DNA of 64,000 bases. Origin: Lama guanicoe. Taxonomy: Eukaryota. The notes under the pieces are model-generated. The model searched no databases. It saw only the letters and a program-made list of their open reading frames with translations, and was not told the origin of the DNA. Below, piece by piece: positions 25,633 to 35,821 of the stretch. Positions within the stretch are counted from its first letter, which is position 1. Each line of letters starts with the position of its first letter. The stretch is from positions 2,344,507 to 2,408,506 of the forward strand of contig MU053376.1 in assembly GCA_013239625.1 (NCBI GenBank), read 5' to 3'. The position numbers and the translations under genes were made by a program.

Positions 25633-26949
25633 TGTTTTTTCTTTCTCTGTGAGCTTCCTGTTGTGGCATCTCTGTCCTGAAATGAAAACAGGGTCAGAAT
25701 ACAGTCTGAACACAAGGGGATGAATGCGGGCTGAGAATCAGGATGGACAGTTTTGCAACACACTCACCTGTGAGGCCACCATCTGTGAGCTAGGAGCCAG
25801 GGGGCTCAGGCAGTGCCTACCTCCCCTGCCCACCTCCCTCCCTAGGGAAGCAGGGGTCGGGGTGGGGGAGCTCTCCAGACTCAACAGCAGCTCTTTCCCC
25901 CAACCCCAGAAGAAGCAAAGAGACACCTATTAAGTCTTAAAAAGGCGTGGTCTCCTTTTCCAGGTGCCTGGCACACAGCACCAGAATAAATAATATTTAT
26001 GGAGTACTGACCGTGGGTTAAGTTTATTAGGTCATTCAAATGCTCACAGTTTAATTTACCTATTTTGTGGAGCTTCAGAAAGGTGTTGAGTAGCTTGACC
26101 AGGGTCTCACAGAAGAGAGAGAGCCAGGGTTTAAATCCAGAGCCACCCTGTGACCACTACACTCTACTGCTTTCCTCAACACGTATAATTTCATTCTGTC
26201 CAAGATGCTGGACAACAAGGCTTGCAGCCCCCAAGGCTCCCTTCTCTTGCATCTACGCCCATAAAAGTCCTCCATCCTCCCTGTTCTCCTTCCTTCTCTG
26301 CCAGTTCCCTGCCCAGCCCTCTGTCCCCCAAGTCTGGTTGTGGGGCAGTTTCTGTCATAATTGCACCCCAATCCCTGAGTTGCTTCAAGCTCTATTTATT
26401 TTGAGAGGTTGTGTTTGGGGAGGAAACTTTTTTATATACCATCTTTCCATTATGATCACCCCAAACCCTGATTCTTGAAGAACTTGGTGGTATAGAGTTT
26501 GTGTGAAAAAGTGATTTAGATGGAGAGTCTTCTAGCCCAAGAGCAAGGATTCCAGGCTCTGCTCCTGCCTCTGCCTCTGGCTGCTAACCCGGTTGCCTCG
26601 CAGTCTCTTAGTCTTTCTCTGCCTTCATTAAGAATAAAAGGGCTGTCCAAGGGACAAGATGAAGAGGAAAGGGACGATGCCCAAAGAAACCTTGTGTTTC
26701 TGCGAAAGGAAAAGAATGTTCCCCACGAAGTTAAACGCAATAACGTGTGGAAAGCATTTAGCGAGTGCCTGGCACATGGTAGGTGGTGAATAACTCAAAT
26801 GGAGCGAGCTGGAGCCAGGACACCTGCTGAGGCTGGGGACTGGCTGCAGAAGGGCGCGGCTGTTGGGAGGGTGCTTACTGGAGTTTGCCTGCAGGGTACA
26901 GTTGGTGGTGAGCTGCTGCTCTCAGGATTGGATTTTTTTCCGTATGGAC

Positions 26950-27200
26950 ACAGGATTGCAAGAAATTCTTATTTGCATAAAGATGGGGAGTTCAGTTTTC
27001 CTAGAATCTGCATGTCACGACGGAGAAAAAAGAGGCATTTCTTAATAATGATTAATCAGCTGCATCTCAGAAGAAAAGGAAAACTCAGGAAATGAGACAC
27101 TAAGGGAACGAGGGGAAAAACAATCTTCCCCCAGAACGGACCCACCCAGTAAACCTTGACAGCACTTCCTTGTATTCACCTGCATAAAAGTGACCAGCTC
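26950..27200 (+). promoter_or_regulatory. Candidate IL19 promoter
   Basis: C/EBP-like ATTGCAAGAA (26955), octamer ATTTGCAT (26971-26978), GAS TTCCTAGAA (26998-27006) and TATA-like CATAAAA (27183). Confidence 0.55.
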
Positions 27201-27209
27201 TCTACAAGT

Positions 27210-27271
27210 GGCAAGCAGCAAGGAGCAAGGAGCGAGAAGACACCAGAGCAGCCAGGCAGCACCTGTGAGAG
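27210..27271 (+). other. IL19: Probable IL19 5' non-coding exon (start approximate)
   Basis: TATA-like CATAAAA at 27183-27189, then a purine-rich leader ending GTGAGAG|gtgagg. Splicing to the 29478 acceptor gives ...GTGAGAG GAC ATG, resembling my recollection of the human IL19 5'UTR junction. Confidence 0.7.
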
Positions 27272-28866
27272 GTGAGGCTTGGGCCGTCCTTCCGCAGAGG
27301 CTTTTGTTCCTCACCTTCCCAGCCCTCATCCTTCAGAGCTGCAGAGAGGTGACCTGTTGTCGCTGGACATGGCCGGTGTAGTCCCAGGAGCTGGGTATTT
27401 TGTAGAATCCATGCAGAGGATGAATTTCTTAGTACCTTATTTTCAATAAGAAGAGAGAGCGAGTGGGAGAGAGGAAAGGAAGAAAGAAAGGAAAGGGGAA
27501 GGAATCTAGCATTTATGATAACCTTTTTGTTCTAGGAACTGCACTGAACACTTTATAATTTATGTATTTTTAATCCTTTGCGGTAATCAATATCTTTAAC
27601 AGTATCTGATTCAGTGGGACCCGATCAGAAATGCGTTCCTGTTTGTCTGGGGTAAGGGGGTCTGCTGCCTTCTCCGACTGAGATCCCAGAAGGACAGCGC
27701 TGTAGCTGGGGTGATGCAGTGGTTAGGAGGGTGGATTCCAGAGCGCAATGCCTGCCTTCACATCCTGGCTCCACCACTTGGTGGCTGAGTACCTTGGGCC
27801 GGTTACTCCATCTCCTTAAGTGTCAGTTCCCTCTTCAGTAAAGCAAGGATGGAAACAGAACCTACATCACAGGGTGGCTGTGAGCATTAAATATAATTGT
27901 GGAAAATGCTTGGCATGGGGCCCAAGGCACTAGGATAAATGTTAGCTACTACTGTGATCTGAATCAGCCAAGAGGTCTGGCGTCGCCTCGCCAAGTGAAA
28001 GGAGGCGTCTTTCTCCTCCACACCGTGTCTGAGGCTCCCGGTGGGGGATGAGCGGGCAACGCCCCACTCTTCTGAGAGTTGCTTGTCAGAAGAAAATCTG
28101 TACTCCCTTCTTGTCACTTGGCTTTCTAGAAGCACCCAGGTGCCTTTCGAGGAGACAGCTCTGGGGGATTCTACAGTTTTCCCTGCTAATGGGGTCTTGT
28201 TTTGCTAGAAAGAGAGAGGTTGGTAGAAGAGAAATCAAATTCTTTAGCATAATGCCTGCTCTCCAGTGAGGTCTCAGTATACACCTGCCCCTCACTGGGA
28301 GTGGTGTTAAGGACAGGTAAGGAAAAACGGCTTTCTAAACAGGATTTGCTGTTTCTCGGCTTTCTGGAGAAAAGCCTGGGACTCCGGAGGAGGATCTGGG
28401 GTTGGGAGGAGCGGGGACAGGTGTGGCTCACGCTGTCACACAGGCAGCTTCTTCAGTTGGCTTCCTGTGCGTGGTGCCGCCCTCTCCTCCACTGACGCAC
28501 ACACTACACTTACCCCGTGCACACGTGGCGGGAAGTGAGTGCTCGGTGGGCACCGTGCAGGATGCTGGGCAGAAGCTGGTCTATTTATGTGTGTCGCCCT
28601 ATGACTTATCTTTAATGCTCAGCCCTGATTGTGAAGCGTGTGTGAGTGCTGGGGAAAGTCAGAGAAAGAACTCAACAGGCTGCACAATTATGCTATGGGC
28701 ACGTTTCTCAAGGTGTATTATCCGACACCACTGAAAGTGGCTCAATGAAAAGAGGCAGAGAGGGATGCAGGAACTAGAAGAGGCAGCCCCGGCTAGGGGC
28801 TAGCGAGCTGCCAACATCTCCCCACTACCCCCTGACTCAGTGGATGATGGAGGGGAACTGCCACCT

Positions 28867-28880
28867 TGCCCTCTGCTGGT
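28867..28880 (-). promoter_or_regulatory. CTCF core motif (reverse)
   Basis: Minus strand reads ACCAGCAGAGGGCA. Confidence 0.45.
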
Positions 28881-29480
28881 CTCTCTTTTTTGTGGTTAAT
28901 TAGCTATTAGATGCCTTGCACCTTCCTTCCTCTTTTTCTTATCTTCTCTAGAAGGTGACATCTTCACAGTGGGCTTCAAAGGAAAGATTTTCAGCAGATG
29001 CACAGTGAAGGTTAATAATAAAAGGGTGTCGCCTATTTTGGGGACAAACATAAAAAAACCAAATGTGCTTTTATGATTTTTCGGATCTGTTGCCTAACTC
29101 CTAAGTCGTGTATTACCAACCCTGTTTTTCCTATTTAATTTATTAGAAGCAATGTCTCTCCCCCCTGTTGAAAAGTGAGCCGTATTGAGTCATGGGAGTG
29201 ATTTATATACAAATGTACTCCCTGGGAGTTGGGAGAGCCACTGGATCAGGCTTTCTGGGGGCAGAGGTGGGGAGTGCGGAGAGGGGAAAGCTCACTCAAT
29301 TGATTCAAGGAAACCAGATGAGGAGACACATGCCCCCGAGGTCTGCAAGGCTAGGGTAATGAGTCCTTTCTTGGTTGTCACCCGATGTGCCTCGGGAGGT
29401 CAAAAGGAGAACTCAGTCAGGGGTCTCTTCCATTGCTGTCCACTCTGCTGCGAAGCTGACTTCATCCCTTCCTGTAGGAC

Positions 29481-29624
29481 ATGAAGGCACAGTGCGTTCC
29501 CCTCTGTCTCCTGGGTGCGATGCTCTTCCTCTGCTCAGTGCACACCCGGGATCTCAGGAGATGTCTGATTTCCACGGATGTGCACACTATAGAAGAGAGT
29601 TTCCGAGGAATCAAAAAAGCCATC
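29481..29624 (+). CDS. IL19: IL19 coding exon 1 (signal peptide, 48 codons)
   Basis: Acceptor cccttcctgtag|GAC ATG (exon starts 29478). Ends ATC|gtgagt. Confidence 0.95.
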
Positions 29625-32600
29625 GTGAGTATGGGTTTGGGGTGAAGGGGGCATGCATCACTTTACATCTTAACTTGAAGAGCCAGTTCCTTCTCATTAC
29701 CTTTGGGTCTCTGGAGAAGATGAAGAACTCATAGCTTGTGTCTGTTCTTATGTTTTCTCCATAGCAAGCTAAGGACATCTTTCAGAATGTCACCATCCTG
29801 TCCCCATCGGAGACCCTGCACAGCATTAAGGTATTGGCCTGCGTCTGCTCTTTCCTGTACTGTCATTTTTATGGTGAAGTGGCCCTGAGCTGAGGGAGAA
29901 GTCCTCACCCCGTGCTCTTCTCTTTCCTAACCTCCAGTGCCCTCTGTGTGCTCCGCCTTCTCACTTGTCAGTGGATGTGGGAGGGGACACTTGTGTCTCA
30001 GGAACTTTGAACCCCTGGGAGGGAGGGCTTAAAGGAGCACCACTTACCCAGGGAGGGACTGCGGCGCCACACGCTCTAATGGGACAGGGTGTCTGTGCCT
30101 TAGGCTGATTCTGGAAGGTTTCATGGGGAAAATGAGCAGTGACTTAAAAGCTGAGGAGGCTGTCGGTTAGTGCCTGAAAGAGAGGAAGGGGCTTGGGGAG
30201 AATGGGTGTGTAAGATGGATGGATTCGTGTCCGGGGGCGGAGAGGCAACCAGGCTCTGTGTGAGGGACGTGAAGGCGAGTGGAAGAGGATGAGGAGGACA
30301 AACACGTTGGAGTCATTTGACCAAGAGCCTTGAAAGCCAGGCCGAGCCTCAGCCTTATAAGAGAGGCAGTAGGGAGTCTCTGCAGGGTTTTTTTTATTTT
30401 TATCTTTATTTTTTTTATAGCCAAAGACTGTATGACCACAAAGCCCTTTATTTTATTAAAAAATTTTTTTAAATTGAAGTATAGTCAGTTTAGAATGTTG
30501 AGTCAATTTCTGTACATGCCCAATAGTTCAGTCGTACCTATACATACATATATTCATTTTCATATTCTTTTCCATTATAGGTTACTACAAGATATTGAAT
30601 ATAGTTTCCTGTGCTAGACAGTAGACACTGGTTCTTTACCTATTTTACATGTAGTTGTTGGTACCTGCAAATCTCAAACTCCCAACTTATCCCACCCGCA
30701 CTTCACTCTGGTAACCATAAGTTTGTTTTCCATGTCTTTGGTCTGATTTCTTTATGGTAAATGAATGTGGCCACTTCCTAAATACTATTTCAGCCAATGA
30801 TGTAAGAGACTCACAGGATCTCACAGCTGGAAGGGGCTCCCAAGACCATCTGTTCTCAAACCATCATTTTCAAATGACCAAACTGACACCTTAGGAGAAA
30901 GAGTGGTTCATGGTTGAGCCAGGAAGACAGCCCCAAGTCTCATGCCTCTGTCTCCAGATTTTTCGTCCTCTCAAGGTCTAGAAATAGCTGACGTGGCAAG
31001 AGGAAAGGGGTGAATAAGGATGCAAATCTTTACCATATTTCTTCTCTCCCCGCTTTCCCTGATAAAACAAAAGTTGCAACTTTTTGCCCCTTTGGGTAAG
31101 GACATTTTGGCAGGAGCAGAGGAAGAGGAAGGTTTTTTGTGTTGCAGGAAAAGTTTCCATCTAGGAACAGACGCCCGGGCGGGGTGGGGGCAGGGAGCCT
31201 TTGCTGCTTGAGTGCTAATGCAGATGAACACACTGTTGGCTGTAGACCCACCCCTCCCTTCTCAGACTGAGCTATAATTCTCCCGCATTGGCTCTCAAGG
31301 CAAGGTGCAAACTGCTGGAAGGAAACTCATCCTGGCCAGCTGCTCTGAGCTGTGCCCTGCCAAGCTAGGCGTTTTCCCTTAGAGAAGTCTGCATTCTGCC
31401 CTCAGAGGACCTGCACAGATGAACACATTTCTGCAGCTGTCAGTCTCCATTCTTACACATCTCAGCTCCATGCAAATGACCCCTGAAGTTTAAAAGGGAC
31501 CAACTGGAGGAGAGCTCCGCAGGGTGTTCAGGATAAACACAGTGGTCATTACACTGGAAGAAATACGTGCCCAGCCGGCACCTGCTGCACAGCAGCCACT
31601 GACTAAACACATGTTGATGGTTCGGAGATGTCACAGAGAGGCCGACTGCAGCACAGCATAGGGAAGACTTTTCAAGAAAGCCGCTCAGACATTGGTCCTT
31701 TCAAAAGGGAGGTGTCTGATTCCTGGAAGCGTTTAAGCAGAAGTTAGTGCTGACATGTTGGAGATGCTGTAGAGAGGATTCTGGTCTATGACTGGGCTCC
31801 ATCCCTTGTCAGTTCATCTCCTGGCCACATAAAAAGAGGGTGAGAACTGCACTCTTCCCTTAGTGCCTTTGTCATCAGTAGCTCTGGTGTTGGCAGGGGA
31901 GGAGGGATACTCTGGGACCAATCTGAATTTTAAACAGTGACTTTTAGTTAGCCCACTCCTTCTTGCCCTTATCTAAACAGGCTGCTTTGGTCTCTAAAGT
32001 AATGAGGAGAGGGCCTCTGGGGCTTCCTCTGATTTGTGTCTGTAGCCCTCAGATGTGTGCTGCGTGACCAAGAACCTCCTGGCGTTTTACATGGACAGGG
32101 TGTTCAAGGACCACCTGGAGCCGAACCCTCAAATCTTGAGTAAAATCAGCAGCATTGCCAACTCCTTCCTCTCCATGCAGAAGACTCTACAGCAATGTGT
32201 GAGTCACCACAACGGGATTCCAAGCATGTGTTTCCCATCTGCCCCAGGGAGAGCCTGGAATGTGCTGGCCCCGGTCGGCCTTCTGAAGTGGTTCCTGGAC
32301 TCAAGGGAAATACCCTGCCCTGTTGTCCATCAGGACAACTGTTGAGAATCTCTTCCAGTGGTCCTTCCTTGCCCAGGGCTTCCTCCCTGCGGACACCTAT
32401 CAGACCCAGTTTCCTCATGGGTAATCTGCCTGGGGTGACCGACTCACAGCAAAGTATCCGTTAAGCGATCCTGGGGCTGGCCTGTGAGAGAGGCATGCCA
32501 AGGAGTCCAGGCTTAGCACAAGCATACCTGTAGTTTCTTGGTTTCTGGCCCTTTGGGGTTTCCATACCAGTTGACCTCTGGGTGTTTCCCTGGTATAGCC

Positions 32601-34841
32601 TATTCTAAGGGTCACTTCTAAATTCATTGTCACCTGTTGAAAACAAACCTCAGAAATAAAACCAACCCCCAAACAAACCCACAAAAACTTAGACCAGGAA
32701 AAAACCTGGGTCCGGCTCCATCTCTGCCAACAATTTCCTGTGTGACTTTGTGGCAAGTTACTTCACCTCTCTGTGCCTTGGATTCCAAATTGTGAGAAGA
32801 GGTCATAACCTCTGTCCCACTTATATTAAGATTCATTTAACCAATTATTTAATTAACTAACCCAACACATATTCATTGAGTGCCTACGCTGTGGGGGCTG
32901 CACTTGCAGAGTGGCTACAAGATACATTTGGTACGTATCCTCCAGGCCTTTCCAGCCCTGGTCAAGAGCAGGGTGACTCTATTATTAGTTTTTTTTTTTT
33001 TTAATGGTGGTACTGGGGATTGAACCTGTGACCTCATGCACGCTAAGCACACACTCTACCACTGAGCTATACCCTCCCCGTAAATGCAAGGTGATTCTGA
33101 AAACAGACCCTACACCCTTCTCCTGCTCCATCTCAGGTTTACTGACCTGACTCTCACCTGGGGAGGATGGAGACCCATCACTCTGCTTGCGGGAGGTGGT
33201 GGTAAGGGTGAGCCGGGGTGGCAAGGCCCTCTGATGGGTACTGTCTCCACTTGCTCACAGCAGAAGCAGAGGCTTTGTCACTGCGGGCAGGAAGCAACCA
33301 ATGCCACCAGAATCATCCATGACAACTACGATCAGGTAAGGGCCGGGACGAGGGTAGGGAAGACAGAGACAAGAAGGAGCCAGACGGAGAGTGTGTCAAC
33401 CCTGAAGGCTCCTCTCCACACTCAAATTCATTCATTTACTCAACAGTATTTATCGCAGGTCTTCCAATTCTGTGTCTGCAGAGAGTGTGTTGGTCTTAGT
33501 TCATTTGCTAATTTCCTGGCCTCCCCTTCCTTATCATTTCTCCACCATTTTCTTATGCCCTCACTTATCACGTCTATCTTAAATTTTGAGGGCAAGGGTG
33601 ATACCCTTGAGGTGAGGGAACAAAGATCCCCAGTGAACTGTAAGCCGTTACGTGTGCAACATGCCACCTGCTAGGTGTCACTGTGGCCAGTAGCTGTCAG
33701 CATCCTCTGTGGTGATGAAGACCAGTGCTTCTCACAAAGATGCAGATGGAGAATGCATGTCTCGCGGAGAGGGAGAGGCAGAGGCAGGGTTTCTTACGTG
33801 CAGCATTTAGAAATGTTGTTAAAATGCAGATTCTGGCTTGCAGGTCTGGAGTGAGGTCTGAGATTCTGTGTTTCAACCGCGCTCCCAAAGGATGCCCATG
33901 CTTTGAATGGCAAGGAGGCGGGGAGTCTGTTGAGAGCTCTGATTCTTTGTGGGGAGGCTCCACGTGACAATATAACAGCAGCTAAAACTTATGTCATTGT
34001 CACTACGAGCCAGATATTATTCTAAGCAGACTGCAGGCATTGACACACTTACTCCTCACAATGCTATGAGCCATTATCTGCATTTGACAAGTTAGGAAAC
34101 TGAGGCACAAACAGGTTAAATAACCTGGGTAAGTTCACACTGCAATTAGGTGGTGGAGGTAAGACTCTCTCCCAGGTGTCTGGCTCCACAGGACACAATT
34201 TAAGACCTTACTATCTCTTTGTAGTCTTCTGAGGAAGAGCTGGAGTAAGTCAGGAGACTTGAGTCCCAGTCCAGCTCTGCTACCAGCTGGCTGTGTGACA
34301 CTAGGTAGGACACAGACTTAGGGGCTCTGATGCTTTAATGCGTCCAATGGAGACACCATATCTCCCTACCCCACTGCTGGGCACCACTGGGACTGCAGCC
34401 TACCAGGAGAGCAGAGGTACTAAAGCAAGCTGGTGTGAACAGAAAAATAAGCAGAAGAACTGCCATTAAAGCAAGTTTTTTTTTCCTTGTGAAATAACAG
34501 GAAATAGTAAAACAGAGGGCAAGGAATGAAGAACTTTACATTTTATTTATTTCTGACATGATCCAACTGCTGGTTTGTGGAAAGCAATTTAAGTCATCTG
34601 CTAGGAAAATAACTGGGGGGTCTTATGCCCTGCAAATATAATTGTTGAATAAAAAGAAAACTTTCCCCAGAACATGGGAAAAGTGATGTGAAACTATTCT
34701 ATGGTCTAGAAAGGCAGGTTCTTAGGACGATTTCCCTGGTTTCAGCTCGAGATCCGATCGGCTGCCATTAAGTCTCTGGGCGAGCTTGACATCTTCCTGG
34801 CCTGGATTGACAAGCATCATCATGGAACTTCTGCTGCCTAA
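29481..34841 (+). CDS. IL19: Interleukin-19 precursor, 177 aa; join(29481..29624,29765..29830,32046..32198,33261..33335,34746..34841)
   Basis: Manual splicing gives MKAQCVPLCLLGAMLFLCSVHTRDLRRCLISTDVHTIEESFRGIKKAI/QAKDIFQNVTILSPSETLHSIK/PSDVCCVTKNLLAFYMDRVFKDHLEPNPQILSKISSIANSFLSMQKTLQQC/QKQRLCHCGQEATNATRIIHDNYDQ/LEIRSAAIKSLGELDIFLAWIDKHHHGTSAA*. It has a signal peptide, six mature-chain Cys, NVT and NAT sequons and the IL-10-family helix-F motif KSLGELDIF. All introns are GT-AG, phase 0. Confidence 0.97.
29765..29830 (+). CDS. IL19: IL19 coding exon 2 (QAKDIFQNVTILSPSETLHSIK)
   Basis: ttttctccatag|CAA ... AAG|gtattg; 66 nt. Confidence 0.95.
30465..30745 (-). mobile_element. L1 3'-end fragment in IL19 intron
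   Basis: ttttaaattgaagtatagtcagtttagaatgttg...ataggttactacaagatattgaatatag. Confidence 0.85.
32046..32198 (+). CDS. IL19: IL19 coding exon 3 (PSDVCCVTKNLLAFY...KTLQQC)
   Basis: tgtctgtag|CCC ... TGT|gtgagt; 153 nt; overlaps ORF 32055..32345. Confidence 0.96.
32988..33079 (-). mobile_element. Vic-1-like SINE in IL19 intron
   Basis: Poly-T, then ggtactggggattgaacctgtgacc...actgagctataccctcccc. Confidence 0.85.
33261..33335 (+). CDS. IL19: IL19 coding exon 4 (QKQRLCHCGQEATNATRIIHDNYDQ)
   Basis: ttgctcacag|CAG ... CAG|gtaagg; 75 nt. Confidence 0.95.
33785..33915. mobile_element. MER5A-like hAT-Charlie fragment
   Basis: ttgttaaaatgcagattct...ggtctggagtgaggtctgagattctgtgtttcaac. Confidence 0.55.
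34746..34841 (+). CDS. IL19: IL19 coding exon 5 (LEIRSAAIKSLGELDIFLAWIDKHHHGTSAA*)
   Basis: ggtttcag|CTC; TAA at 34839-34841. Confidence 0.95.
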   Translation, partial: LEIRSAAIKSLGELDIFLAWIDKHHHGTSAA

Positions 34842-35227
34842 AGACAAGGAACCTAATTATTGAACAGGCCCTGTGAGGTTTCCCATGGGAGACAGTGAAC
34901 TCTGAAGGGGAAGGCGGGGGGCCCTGTTTTCATGCAAAGGAGGGTCTTTTGATTGGGAGTTCTCTCCTCTGGGGCTGTGGTTTTGTAGGGGGAAATCTGG
35001 GTTTGAGTACAGCTCACGCTGTAGTTGGAAGTCCCACCGGCTGGGCCCAGGCTGTGTGATCCCAGCTGAAAGTAGCCAACTAGCCATATTTATGATAAAA
35101 TACATCTATTGAAAGGTCCTGCTGGCCTCCCTGGAGGGAAAGGGTTGGCTCCCCACTAATTTATTGTGAAGTTATTTATCCCATGTCTGTGATGTGAGCT
35201 AAGCGATGTCCTGTAGTGATCTTTGTG

Positions 35228-35233
35228 AATAAA
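35228..35233 (+). terminator. IL19 polyadenylation signal
   Basis: First AATAAA after the stop, about 390 nt downstream. Confidence 0.7.
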
Positions 35234-35309
35234 CTCTATTCATTACCAATTAGTGGAAGTGTCTTCTGATTCAAGGAGGGAGGGCCGGTCAAGGAATCAT
35301 GAATGGAGA

Positions 35310-35448
35310 CCATCAGAAATGAAAGGGAAAGAATGTGAAACCAAATATACGCATGTATACGCATGACTGGGACACTGTGCTATACACCAGAAATTGACAC
35401 ATTGTAACTGATGGCACCTCAATTAACAAAACAGAAAACAAAAAACAA
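35310..35448 (+). mobile_element. Short L1 3'-end with A-rich tail
   Basis: aaagaatgtgaaaccaaatatacgcatg...gtgctatacaccagaaattgacacattgtaactga. Confidence 0.75.
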
Positions 35449-35486
35449 CACATCGAGGGTCATGCAGTTATTGTGGAACCAGGATT

Positions 35487-35821
35487 CGTTAAATTAATTA
35501 AACAAGGAGACCCTTAGACTGAGTGGCTGGAATGCCATGACCCCCTGTGTAAGCAAACTAAAATCTAAGCCTGCAAATGCCTCAAGGTTATGAAATCTAA
35601 ATGCTAAGGACAACCAATCGCAAACAGCCAACTGGCTTCAAGCCATAGCCAATCAGGTAACTACCCTTCTCTGCTTCCGCACCTTGTCCATAGATGTCTT
35701 TCCCAGGCTCCCAACCTCGGACAGCTTCTAGCCACTTCCAGTTTGGTGCTGCTGATTTCAGCAGAGTTTTGCTCAAATAAACTGCTAAGAAACTGAATAT
35801 GCATCAGTTTATCTTTTAACA
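35487..35821 (+). mobile_element. Solo ERV LTR just downstream of IL19
   Basis: gttaaa...tttaaca ends, repeated CCAAT boxes, AATAAA at about 35776. Confidence 0.7.

Noticed and set aside
33084..33674. 196-aa ORF
   Set aside because: Only 33261-33335 is coding (IL19 exon 4). The rest is read-through into introns.
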